From a virus: DNA of 64,000 nt. The notes under the pieces were generated by a model. It did no database searches, had not been told where the DNA came from, and was given only the letters and a program-made list of their open reading frames with translations. The position numbers and the translations under genes are program-made. Below, one piece after another: positions 19,705-28,931 of this stretch (positions within the stretch are counted from its first letter, which is position 1; every line of letters starts with the position of its first letter). The stretch covers positions 9,003 to 73,002 of IMG/VR virus record IMGVR_UViG_3300032085_000337, one strand, 5' to 3'.

Positions 19705-21249
19705 TTAAAATGCAACACCACCGAATTTAGGGTGAAATACTACATTATTATCTTGACTTCTTTTTCTTTTTACTGCTGAACTAGGCTTAACGGCAACCTC
19801 AACGGCTGCAGCAAGACAGTCTTTACAGTCATCATGCGCTGGGTTGTAAGAGACAAGCTCCTCTTCCAGCACCTGACAGTTACCACCACGGTAGTGATAC
19901 ATCTGCAAGTTGTCATACCGAGGCTCAAGGATAGCAGCGATACGTTCTTCTTTAGAACCCTGATGTCTGTTAGGTCTGTGCTCATCAATCTTCAAAGCAA
20001 GACCATTAGGTTTGATGTAGTTGTCCTTGAGTTCAGAAACGATAGCTGACTGAGCAGCTGTACATTCAGCCCGTAACTTCCTAAAGTCCCAACGGTTAAG
20101 AAGGTCTAGGATGTGACGGAAGTACTCAGAAATCTTATCTGTCTTAAAGCGATCAATGTCCAAGACGTAGACGTTGTTCTCTGAGTCAACACCAATAACT
20201 ACGATAGCCGTATAGTCTGCTCGTTTACTGACAGAGTAAGCAAAGTCAACAGCTGCACTTACATTAAGTTTCTGCCCCTTGTAGAACCACTGACCGCCAT
20301 CTCTGGTGAGGTGTTTCTTATCATAGTACTGGAACTTCTCATAGGCGATAGGTTGACTGTCAGGGTCGGTAGGGTCATTGTAGTACTGTGCTCTGAACTG
20401 AACACGGTCCAAGTACTGACCACGCTTCTTGGCAAGGATTTGTACATCAAAGCCAAAGAACTTACCGTCCTTACGGAGTTGACGAGGCCAGAGGAACTCC
20501 CCTGTACCATCACCGTTATCTTCTACAGCCTTCTCCATTACCTCGTAGATATTCTCTTTACCTACAAGCTCTCCCTCTTTGGAGTAGATATCCTCTTCCA
20601 TACCCATCAAGTCTGAGTACAAGTCTTTAGGATGGTAACGTGTACCTACTACCCACTCCTGTGCTTCACTACCTTCGATAGACGAAAGCAGGGAGTACTG
20701 AGACTTAACCTTGTTACGGCCTTCGTTTGTGTAGGCGTTCTCAAAAACAACAACGTCATCTAGGACGGCAATATCGCAGTGCATACCTGTAAGAGAGGTA
20801 GTAAGGCCACCTGTAAAGATAGAAGGGTCACGGATAGCTTCCTTCTTACGGTCTGGGTGATCAAGTGCAATCTCTGATGTAGTCCACTTCTCACGTTTAC
20901 TTTCATCCTTGTTGAGGTGATCAGGCCAGTACTTCTGGTGAATGTCTGACTCGAATATGTTCTTGATAAAGGATAGCTGCTTCTGTGCTAGGTTAGATGT
21001 AGCAGAGATATACAGAACACGTAGGGTTGGGTTCTTGGTAAGCTCCCATGCAACCCTGTAAGCTACAAGGGCAGACTTACCGTGGTCACGAGGAAACAAC
21101 AAAAGCTGGTGAGACTTAGCATCCTGCCGAGTCCACCACTTACATACGTCTTCGTGACAACTTCCGAGAACACGTTGAGGAGCAACAAGCCTGATGAATG
21201 TCACCAAGCTTGCCTCCGCAGCTTCTCTGATTTCGTGTATACTTGCCAT
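19705..21249 (-). CDS. terL: Terminase large subunit
   Basis: PRDHGKS Walker A, VLDDVV Walker B, GTRYH, nuclease DFA...DYTA...HDDCKD. Confidence 0.93.
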   Translation of the reverse strand: MASIHEIREAAEASLVTFIRLVAPQRVLGSCHEDVCKWWTRQDAKSHQLLLFPRDHGKSALVAYRVAWELTKNPTLRVLYISATSNLAQKQLSFIKNIFESDIHQKYWPDHLNKDESKREKWTTSEIALDHPDRKKEAIRDPSIFTGGLTTSLTGMHCDIAVLDDVVVFENAYTNEGRNKVKSQYSLLSSIEGSEAQEWVVGTRYHPKDLYSDLMGMEEDIYSKEGELVGKENIYEVMEKAVEDNGDGTGEFLWPRQLRKDGKFFGFDVQILAKKRGQYLDRVQFRAQYYNDPTDPDSQPIAYEKFQYYDKKHLTRDGGQWFYKGQKLNVSAAVDFAYSVSKRADYTAIVVIGVDSENNVYVLDIDRFKTDKISEYFRHILDLLNRWDFRKLRAECTAAQSAIVSELKDNYIKPNGLALKIDEHRPNRHQGSKEERIAAILEPRYDNLQMYHYRGGNCQVLEEELVSYNPAHDDCKDCLAAAVEVAVKPSSAVKRKRSQDNNVVFHPKFGGVAF

Positions 21250-21250
21250 T

Positions 21251-21658
21251 CTACGTAGGGTTTCCAGCTGACCAAGAGGTTACAACAGATGTATTAAAGT
21301 AAGTAAGGTATTCATAAACACCAGTTGTACGAGATGTTGCTCTAGACGTTGATCTCCTTGTTGTTTGGTTCATCTCGTACGAGGGATTGTAGGTACTCCA
21401 GTATGTTGTCCAGTAAGTCAGATAGGATGTGCTCCAAGAAGTATTCCACCCAGAAGAAGTTTCTACAAAGGTTTGAAGGCTTGTCGTAGAAACTGTAGAA
21501 TACAGATCACTCTTGTTATAAAAGTCTGAAAAAGATATAGGCCCAGAAGAAGGCAGGGACGGTGCTCCGTAGTACTCAGCCAAGGAGTGAGGAGGTGTAC
21601 CACTATACTCCGATGAAATCTCGTTTAGAGATAAAGTTCCAGATGTTTTAATAGTCAT
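21251..21658 (-). CDS. Ser/Thr-rich putative tail-fibre tip (adhesin) protein
   Basis: N-terminal SG.LSL.EI..EY...SL.EYY...LPSSGPISFSDFY as in fibre-associated proteins; C-terminus has Thr every 4th residue. Confidence 0.6.
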   Translation of the reverse strand: MTIKTSGTLSLNEISSEYSGTPPHSLAEYYGAPSLPSSGPISFSDFYNKSDLYSTVSTTSLQTFVETSSGWNTSWSTSYLTYWTTYWSTYNPSYEMNQTTRRSTSRATSRTTGVYEYLTYFNTSVVTSWSAGNPT

Positions 21659-21667
21659 GATTTCGTC

Positions 21668-22540
21668 CTACTTGTATGCGTCTTTCATAAGAGACCTGAC
21701 TTCGTGGATGTAGGCTATGTACTGCACAACTCTGTCTTGCCAATCTTGGTGTATCTCTGGGTGTACAAGACCTGATTGATAATTGGAGAGGAGTTTGTTG
21801 ACAAGCTTCTTAGGTTCTAGTGAATTTATAAGTGGTTCGTTTATGTGTGAAAACCCGCAGAGGTTTCTCTCTTTGAAGTTAGTTAAAGGAGAAACACGTT
21901 TGCCTAAAGAAACAGCATTAATAATTGACTCACTATTATGCGATGCGTATACCACATCAACGTAAGGCATGATTGAGTAGATGTCGTCTTCTGGGGAAAG
22001 GATACTTGCACAGGGCAGTAACATTTCTTTCAGTTCCTGTAAGTTCTCTTTGTGGGTAAGAGGGTGAGGCTTAATAGCAGCAAGCTTCCCGTGCTCCTCA
22101 ACAACCCACCGTAACTTTGGCACACTGGTAATCTTTGGAAAAATGTTTGATCCCGCAAGAACGGCTATAGCCTCATACCTACTAGTAGGTTTTGAGCCGC
22201 CTATGTGTGAGTACTTGTTTGCGGAACCTCCCATAACTCTATCTGACAGAAAACCTGTGTAATCAAATTTGTCTATCTTACTACTACACAAAGCATCCTG
22301 TACTTGTATTTGTTTTATCTCTTGTTGCAAAGGGTTTAACATAAAGAACCCAGCAAAGGATGTATAGTTTACTGTCCAAAACTGCAGAGGTTGAAAAGCG
22401 GTACAGTCGTAAGAACCTACACATGGGTAGTCTTTCAGTACTTCCAGCGTAAAAGCTTCTACAGGTTTTAAGATGTCAAGATCAGAAGTAAAGGAAAAAG
22501 TATTCCCTAAACGTAGCTCCATCTCTTTTTCATCAAACAT
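21668..22540 (-). CDS. KpsS/KpsC-like GT-B glycosyltransferase
   Basis: NKY, IKPHP and VDVVYASHNSESIINAVSLGKRV motifs; start re-called to ATG 22540. Confidence 0.55.
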   Translation of the reverse strand: MFDEKEMELRLGNTFSFTSDLDILKPVEAFTLEVLKDYPCVGSYDCTAFQPLQFWTVNYTSFAGFFMLNPLQQEIKQIQVQDALCSSKIDKFDYTGFLSDRVMGGSANKYSHIGGSKPTSRYEAIAVLAGSNIFPKITSVPKLRWVVEEHGKLAAIKPHPLTHKENLQELKEMLLPCASILSPEDDIYSIMPYVDVVYASHNSESIINAVSLGKRVSPLTNFKERNLCGFSHINEPLINSLEPKKLVNKLLSNYQSGLVHPEIHQDWQDRVVQYIAYIHEVRSLMKDAYK

Positions 22541-22559
22541 TTTTCCTTCTGTTTCTAAA

Positions 22560-23087
22560 TCAAGCAAAAGGCATTACCCGCATTTCGTAACCCATGAAGT
22601 CGGTGTAACCTAGTAACTTTGTAGCAAGATTCTTTTCCCCTTGACCAGTAAGGAAAGAAACGGCGAGCTTGCTATAGCTGGGAACAACGGGCATCATAGC
22701 TTTGAAACCCTTAGAGGCTGCGGATTGTGTGACAAGGTCGTACATTTCTGTACCAATACCCTTTCCTCTGTGGGACTCCTTCACGGCAGTCATAAGCGTA
22801 ACTACAAGCTCTGACTGTAGGTAACCTGCGTTGACAATAGCCTTTTGAAGTTCAGGATGAGTGTTCACGTAACCAGAACCAGAAGCGGTACGCCACATAT
22901 GAGCACCTACAAGATTACCGTCCTCGTAAGCAAAGATAACCTCTGCTCCTAAATGTTTTGTACACTCATGTTCAAACATTACATCAAGGGGAACTGTAGC
23001 ATCTGCATCCCCTTTAATAAAAGAAATAAGGTTTTCTTTTTCCGAACTAGACAAGGAATCGAGAAGTTGTTTTTTGTATTCAATCAT
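22560..23087 (-). CDS. GNAT acyltransferase
   Basis: AVKESHRGKGIG acyl-CoA binding motif A. Confidence 0.85.
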   Translation of the reverse strand: MIEYKKQLLDSLSSSEKENLISFIKGDADATVPLDVMFEHECTKHLGAEVIFAYEDGNLVGAHMWRTASGSGYVNTHPELQKAIVNAGYLQSELVVTLMTAVKESHRGKGIGTEMYDLVTQSAASKGFKAMMPVVPSYSKLAVSFLTGQGEKNLATKLLGYTDFMGYEMRVMPFA

Positions 23088-23805
23088 TATTAGACCACTC
23101 CAATCTTTTACAGATTAAGTCTTTTATTTCAAGAAGAGTATTTCTGTTACAGGAAAGACAGTCTCCACAGGCCTCTACGTGAGTACCTGTAAATATAGGA
23201 GTCCTACAACTGAAACACAAACGCATGTACTCTTTAGGTAAAGAAAGGTAGCTTTTAAAGAAGTCTCTATTCTCTGTATGCCAACTGAGTTTCACTTTCC
23301 CAAACGAGAGTGTGCGAACCATTTCCGAAAGAGCTTCTACTTGTTCTTCCTCGAAGTACTCTGACCTTTTAACAATCCCAGTATTTCTTAGAAAAGCTAC
23401 CATCAAATCTTCACCGATAACAATATACTTAAGATTATACTTCACGGCCATTTGAACGGATAGTAAAACAGGCATAAAGAAATCACGCATTACTCCTGAG
23501 TTAAAACGAGGGTCTATGTCTACACTAGATACAAAAAGCTCGACATCTCTTTGGATATGTTCTACTTGTTTTTTTACAAGGTGTTCTTCTACTTTGTGTC
23601 TTTCCCTAAGACTGGGTAAAAGTTTGACATGGTGTGCGTAGATAGTTCTATCGGTGACTACTCTACTATACTGCCATAAAACATATGCACTGTCTAAACC
23701 CCCTGACAAAAGTAGAAGAGAGTCTACACCATTCTTAGCTTCTGAAAAAACTTCCTCGAAAGGTACAAAACCCGTAGGTACAAAACCATTCTTTTTAGGA
23801 ATCAT
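23080..23805 (-). CDS. QueC-like PP-loop adenylating enzyme
   Basis: LLLSGGLDS PP-loop and C-x12-CxxCxxC zinc site. Confidence 0.75.
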   Translation of the reverse strand: MIPKKNGFVPTGFVPFEEVFSEAKNGVDSLLLLSGGLDSAYVLWQYSRVVTDRTIYAHHVKLLPSLRERHKVEEHLVKKQVEHIQRDVELFVSSVDIDPRFNSGVMRDFFMPVLLSVQMAVKYNLKYIVIGEDLMVAFLRNTGIVKRSEYFEEEQVEALSEMVRTLSFGKVKLSWHTENRDFFKSYLSLPKEYMRLCFSCRTPIFTGTHVEACGDCLSCNRNTLLEIKDLICKRLEWSNND

Positions 23806-23828
23806 AAAACAGACCTGACGCTTTTTGT

Positions 23829-25691
23829 TTACTCACTGGCTAGTACAGCTTTTAGTTCATCAATCTGCTCTTGCTGTTCTTTAACAGCTTCGATAAGCAA
23901 ACCGACTATGTTGCCATAAGCTACTGACAGGTAATCACCACTCTCGTGTACTACCTCTGGGAGAACTTTTTGAACTTCTTGAGCAATAACACCGAGGCTA
24001 TCCCTGCCATCTTTTTGGAAGGTAACACCACGGAGTTGCTTAACCTTGTCAACAGCTTCAGAAATAGTCTCAATTTCAGTCTTCAAGCGTTCATCTGAGA
24101 AGGCTGTTACATCACCTGTGGCCAGAATATTACCAGAGACATGTAGCTTTTCAGTGGGGCTTGATGTCCCAATCCCGACATTACCGCTGCTGTTGATGCG
24201 CATACGTTCTGTGGGACGAACATCAGAATTTTCTCTAGTGGAAAAAGTGAGTGCTTGCCTATATCCAGAGACGCTTTCTTGGTCCCAGCCAATCTCTGCC
24301 CCGTGAAAGTTCCAGCCTTCAGAAATACCAAAGCCAATATAGCCTTTACCCTGAACAGAGCCAGACCCGCCCTCTGTGTTGTAAAACAGTGCGGATGCAG
24401 TGTCGTTCACGCCTTCTGACACCATAAGCTTTGCGTCAGGCGAACTCGTACCAATCCCGACATTACCGCTGCTGTCGATGCGCATGCGTTCTGAGCCGTT
24501 GGTGCGGATTTTAACATTGTCTTGACCTACAACCTCAAGGCCGTCATCACCTCTGTTTAGCTGCAAGTAGTTACCATCGTCTGTAGCACTGTCGTGGTCT
24601 AGGTAAATACGGGGGTTGCCACCTGCCGAACCGAGGTCAACTTTAATGCTCCCTTTAACGTGTAGGCTTTCTTCAGGCAAATTCGTGCCAATCCCAACCT
24701 TATTTCCTGTCGCATCCACATACAGCGTGTTTGTGTCCACAGTCAGCCCAGCAAACGTAGGGCTGTCATTGGGCTGCACGGCACTGTCAGCCAGTGTACC
24801 TTGTGCTGCTGTAGCATAGTCAGTAGAAGCTGTAGTAGCAGCTGTACCAAGACCAAGGTTAGTACGAGCAGTAGCTGGGCTTGTTAGGTCTGAAAGGTTG
24901 TTAGTTGAAACAAGATCACCAGATGCTGCATTAGCTGTAACCTGCCAAGTTGTGCCGTTATAAACGTAGAGCAATTCGGTGCTTGAGTTAAAGTAGATAG
25001 CACCTACAACAAGGGCATCACCGTCATCGTCTACAGTTGGGTCAGAAGCCTTAACACCTAGGTAACGATCATCAAACGAGTCCAAGGCTGCAAGGGCTGC
25101 GTCTCGTGCTGTCTCTGCCCCAGTCTTAGCTGTTTCAGCTTCCGTGGCTGACGTAGCTGCATTGGTTGCGGAGGTAGCAGCTTCAGATGCCTTCGTAGAG
25201 GCCGTAGAAGCACTAGTAGAGGCGTTAGTCTCAGAAGTGGCTGCGTTGATAGCCGAAGTAACAGCATTGCTCTCAGATGTACCTGCGTTAGTCTCTGCTA
25301 GTTCGGCAGCAGTCCGTGCAGTCTGGGCAGCTGTAGCACTTGTAGCAGCAGCCGTAGCTGACAAACCAGCAGCAGTCTCAGAAACTTCAGCATTAGTTTC
25401 AGCTGTCTCAGCATTGTTCTCAGCCAACTCAGCCGCAGCCTGTGCAACCAAAGCAGCAGCCTTAGCAGCCTCTACATCGGCAAGGTAGTCAGTCCCGTTG
25501 ATAAGTAAACCAGTAGCACCAATAATGTTATTACCATTAAGGTCTAGGTCTGCCTCCATAGCATTAGGAGTACTGCCATCCAAAGACAGAGTGTTATCGA
25601 AAGCATCTCGTAGAGCTTCGAAGTTTTCATTCAACACCTCAGTGGAGTTAAACCCTGACTGTAGTGTAGTTACTGTTGGTTTCTTAGCCAT
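23829..25691 (-). CDS. Tail fibre with C-terminal intramolecular chaperone (peptidase S74)
   Basis: Ala/Thr coiled coil, ERMRIDSSGNVGIGT repeats, SDERLK...GVIAQEV. Confidence 0.9.
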   Translation of the reverse strand: MAKKPTVTTLQSGFNSTEVLNENFEALRDAFDNTLSLDGSTPNAMEADLDLNGNNIIGATGLLINGTDYLADVEAAKAAALVAQAAAELAENNAETAETNAEVSETAAGLSATAAATSATAAQTARTAAELAETNAGTSESNAVTSAINAATSETNASTSASTASTKASEAATSATNAATSATEAETAKTGAETARDAALAALDSFDDRYLGVKASDPTVDDDGDALVVGAIYFNSSTELLYVYNGTTWQVTANAASGDLVSTNNLSDLTSPATARTNLGLGTAATTASTDYATAAQGTLADSAVQPNDSPTFAGLTVDTNTLYVDATGNKVGIGTNLPEESLHVKGSIKVDLGSAGGNPRIYLDHDSATDDGNYLQLNRGDDGLEVVGQDNVKIRTNGSERMRIDSSGNVGIGTSSPDAKLMVSEGVNDTASALFYNTEGGSGSVQGKGYIGFGISEGWNFHGAEIGWDQESVSGYRQALTFSTRENSDVRPTERMRINSSGNVGIGTSSPTEKLHVSGNILATGDVTAFSDERLKTEIETISEAVDKVKQLRGVTFQKDGRDSLGVIAQEVQKVLPEVVHESGDYLSVAYGNIVGLLIEAVKEQQEQIDELKAVLASE

Positions 25692-25692
25692 G

Positions 25693-26184
25693 TTAGTTCA
25701 TCAACCCAATTCGTGTTGCATCATCTTCTGTTTCGGCTTTTTCAAGAGCAGCCTGTTTCAGAGCACCATCAAGTTCATCCTTAGATGGTCTACCCCGTTT
25801 CTTACTTCCATTATCCAAGTAACCAGCATCAGCCAAGTACTTCTGAGCATTGTAACTTGCCTTACCTTCTTCAAGATCATTGATCATGTTTCTGATGGTA
25901 CGAGCCTTCAACTTCAACATTAACTCTTTCTGCATCTGTACATGGTGTGTCTTAAACCATGAAAGGTTACACAAGTTCTCCCAAACAGAGTAATCACCAA
26001 ACACAGATAGAGCAAACTCATACTCTGTAGGGTCTTCCATTTCAATGTAAATCTTATGCAGTGACAGGTAAGTCTTATCACCTACCTTATGGTCTTTCTT
26101 CTTTAAAGAGTAGTTTGTAAACTCATTACGAGTGTCTGGAAGTGTAGTCTCGTAGAACCACATCTTACTAGGTTTCTTAGCCAT
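25693..26184 (-). CDS. Hypothetical protein, candidate terminase small subunit
   Basis: First gene of the late arm; DPTEYEFA, KRGRPSK. Confidence 0.5.
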   Translation of the reverse strand: MAKKPSKMWFYETTLPDTRNEFTNYSLKKKDHKVGDKTYLSLHKIYIEMEDPTEYEFALSVFGDYSVWENLCNLSWFKTHHVQMQKELMLKLKARTIRNMINDLEEGKASYNAQKYLADAGYLDNGSKKRGRPSKDELDGALKQAALEKAETEDDATRIGLMN

Positions 26185-26304
26185 GTCTCTGTTTGTTCCT
26201 TTACTATAAGAAAGGGGATAAAGGAGTTACCTGTCAATGTAACAGGTCATCCTTTCACTCTCCCTCTTACAAGTGTATATAGGCAGGGGAGACTTGTTAA
26301 GACT

Positions 26305-26333
26305 ATTATACACATACGTATTTGGGATGTCAA
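26305..26333 (-). promoter_or_regulatory. Consensus sigma70 promoter starting the late arm
   Basis: Minus strand TTGACA-17 nt-TATAAT; shares 32 bp with the 15800-15831 promoter. Confidence 0.9.
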
Positions 26334-26339
26334 GTATTA

Positions 26340-27140
26340 ATTTACCTAACTATGAAATTAACTGGATTATGTGACTATGTTACCTACTCTTGTTACCTAA
26401 GGTGTCTAGAATTTCTGCTAGTAAATATTTTTGTGTGTTGTACATACAGTAGGCCACCCCCTATCCCCCCTTCCTCCCCCTAAGACTGTTGCATAATTAT
26501 CACATGGGGGTGTCATTCCTGCCACGGTGTTGCCTGATTGTGACACCTGTTGTCTCTAGGTTACATGTTCATTGATGTGTTACAGGTTATCTTGGTGGAT
26601 ATGTTATAATGTAACACTATTGTTGGGGTGTTATAACTAGACTAACCCCCACACCTTCTAACACATTGGAAAGATTACATAACTAGGTTACCTAACTACA
26701 TAACTTTTTCTTCCCATTATAAGGAGTATGCATAGGGCTATAAATTAATTTCTAATCAGGTGCATTTTCTTGTTGCTTTCTGTTTTTGTATCGGTCTATA
26801 AATATTCATCGGCAAGCAAACACCGACACAAACGAGATACCAACGTCACTGAGTCAACCTGAGCTACTGAGCAAGCCCTAGCAAGCAAGAGGGGCAAGAG
26901 ACTAAAACAAAAGACTGTTGACTAGCTTACGATTACCTGTCTACCGTTTAGGCAACCACGCTGTTTGACATTGTAAACACTAAGCTCTTAGCCTAGGGAT
27001 TGACCCCGATAATGGCCTGAGGATAGAGCTAGGGTAGGCTGCACAGTAAGCAGATACAAACACCCTAGCTCTCCTTTATCTCTTGACGTTGGCATGAATA
27101 TTTGTGTCAATCTCTTAGGATAAAACTCGAAAGGAAAAGA
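26340..27140. other. Non-coding divergent region, probable genome terminus and early leader of phage A
   Basis: No credible ORF; C-rich tract near 26456-26480, many GTTAC/GTTAT/TAAC motifs, several + strand TTGAC boxes and hairpins. Confidence 0.6.
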
Positions 27141-27143
27141 CAA

Positions 27144-27371
27144 ATGGAACAAGATATCAAAGCAATCGGTGAACAAATGCGAGACGTTGCAGAAGATAAT
27201 TGGCAAGCTTTGAGCAAGGAATATTGGAGGCTTCACAAGCTTGTCGAGACAGAAAGCTTTAGCTCACGGTGGGAACAAATGGACGCAATCCGCAAGCTCT
27301 CACAATTAGGCTTGGCGCTTCATGCATCAGGCGAGGCGCTTAGTGCAATCAATTTGGTTCGCTGCCATTAG
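27144..27371 (+). CDS. Early hypothetical protein
   Basis: AAGGA RBS then ATG 27144. Confidence 0.7.
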   Translation: MEQDIKAIGEQMRDVAEDNWQALSKEYWRLHKLVETESFSSRWEQMDAIRKLSQLGLALHASGEALSAINLVRCH

Positions 27372-27437
27372 AGCTTTGATTTATCGGGTGCATCTCACGG
27401 GGTGTACCTAGATAAACCAAACTGAAAGGATAGACCA

Positions 27438-28028
27438 ATGACAAACCATGTTCGCAACATTCTTAAGCTATACCGCCAAGCGACACAGGAAGACACAATC
27501 AACGGTGTTGAATGGTATGCAAGGGCTGAACGCATGGCCAAGGCTATTGCTAGTGACGCTGGCTTGCCATTGTCTACTGTGATTGGCGTCATGGCTGCTT
27601 TATCCCCCAATAACCGCTGGGAACGTAATTGCAGGGATGCTGCTACTATGTGTCAGGCTTGGCAGAATGGCGACAGTATGGATAGCTTCAAGGTGTCATG
27701 CTATAACACAATGAAAGCTAAGGCTTGGGCTATCCTTGAGCTAGGCTTAACAGACGACGAAGACATTCTGTCACACCTTAACGGCCAGAAGATACGTTCG
27801 TTTTACTCTAACATTCGTGGCTTGGACGAAGTGACGATTGACGGTCATGCCCTGAACATTGCACGGGGCAAGCGAGAGGGCTTGACAAGCGACAAGACTA
27901 ACATGGGGAAGCGTGAATATCGTGAGCTTCAAGCAGCCTATGTGAGGGCAGCTAAGCGGGTAAAGGTAAAGCCTCACGTTCTGCAGGCTATTACTTGGAC
28001 AACGTGGAAGCGTGTTCACAATATCTAA
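27438..28028 (+). CDS. Conserved early phage protein, possible helix-hairpin-helix/glycosylase-like fold
   Basis: WY, AALSP..RWERN, VTIDGHA, LQAITW motifs. Confidence 0.65.
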   Translation: MTNHVRNILKLYRQATQEDTINGVEWYARAERMAKAIASDAGLPLSTVIGVMAALSPNNRWERNCRDAATMCQAWQNGDSMDSFKVSCYNTMKAKAWAILELGLTDDEDILSHLNGQKIRSFYSNIRGLDEVTIDGHALNIARGKREGLTSDKTNMGKREYRELQAAYVRAAKRVKVKPHVLQAITWTTWKRVHNI

Positions 28029-28051
28029 TTAACAAAGAGAGAGATAAGACT

Positions 28052-28270
28052 ATGACTAACACACAACACAAGAACATTCTGAAGCATCTTAAGACAGCCA
28101 AGGGACTAACAGTCCGTGAAGCCCTGATTGAATACAGCATTAGCAGCCTGACTAAGCGGGTGCATGAGCTACGGGGTTTGGGGTATGACATTGAATCAGT
28201 CCGAAAGAAGCACCCTGTAACAGGTCAGAGATATACACGTTACTTTCTGCTAGAGGAGCAAGAGCAATGA
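28052..28270 (+). CDS. Winged helix-turn-helix DNA-binding protein
   Basis: Q...IL.HL....LT.REA.....SL.KRV.ELR..GYDI; start re-called. Confidence 0.8.
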   Translation: MTNTQHKNILKHLKTAKGLTVREALIEYSISSLTKRVHELRGLGYDIESVRKKHPVTGQRYTRYFLLEEQEQ

Positions 28271-28479
28271 GCATGTGCGGAGAGATAGAGAACACAGAGA
28301 ACGTAATCAAATCCCTGAGGGCTAAGGAATTTAATATTCAATTCAATAGTAGTGGGTTGACAGATAAAGAGAGACTAACGATAGTTAACACTATCAGAGA
28401 GGAGCTTCTTGAAGAGACTGTAAGGTTGAACAAGCTCCTAGAATTAGCCAACAAGGCGGAGGGTTCACACCGTGCTTAG
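28267..28479 (+). CDS. Hypothetical protein
   Basis: ATGA overlap with the upstream gene. Confidence 0.65.
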   Translation: MSMCGEIENTENVIKSLRAKEFNIQFNSSGLTDKERLTIVNTIREELLEETVRLNKLLELANKAEGSHRA

Positions 28480-28684
28480 ATATCTTTATAGAGTAGGCAT
28501 TGCCTTGTCTGTCCTGTTTAATGTAATCCTGTTAGGAGAAAGCAATCAGACATTCTCAGCCCGCAACTATGGGTGGAAGAGGGAGGGAAAACCCAATGGC
28601 GTTTGGTTAATTGACAGGCTATCTAAGAAGGATCACTGCCGCATGTCATGGGTTTACTGGATCACAGCCAAGAAAAAAAGTTAG
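28472..28684 (+). CDS. Small membrane-associated protein (homologue of 62484-62687)
   Basis: RVGIALSVL.NV.L.GESNQTFSARN...DHC shared with the second copy. Confidence 0.8.
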   Translation: MLRYLYRVGIALSVLFNVILLGESNQTFSARNYGWKREGKPNGVWLIDRLSKKDHCRMSWVYWITAKKKS

Positions 28685-28781
28685 GCTTTATGTCGATTAG
28701 GGGTAGACGGATCAGAAATTCACGATATAATAAGTATTAACGATGCCCCCCGCCACATACACCTGAAAGGATAGGTTTCTA

Positions 28782-28931
28782 ATGTTACCTGTTACACTAG
28801 AAGAACACTTAATCACTATGGGTCTGATACCTTTATCCTCGTTTGAGGAACTTGATACTGTAGTTAATCCTACAGGCCAAGAGGAAGACCTGCCAACATA
28901 CAACGAAGAGACACAGGAGTATATGTTCTAA
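28782..28931 (+). CDS. 49 aa acidic hypothetical protein (not in ORF track)
   Basis: AAGGA RBS, MLPVTLEEH...; TAA overlaps the thyX ATG. Confidence 0.6.
   Translation: MLPVTLEEHLITMGLIPLSSFEELDTVVNPTGQEEDLPTYNEETQEYMF

Noticed and set aside
23080-23805. Canonical queC of a 7-deazaguanine DNA modification pathway
   Set aside because: No folE, queD, queE or dpdA in the window and the gene lies in the late fibre region, so no gene symbol was assigned. About a quarter of phage A may lie outside the window.
27017-27080. Hammerhead ribozyme (CTGAGGA followed by a stem)
   Set aside because: The required GAAA after stem II is absent.
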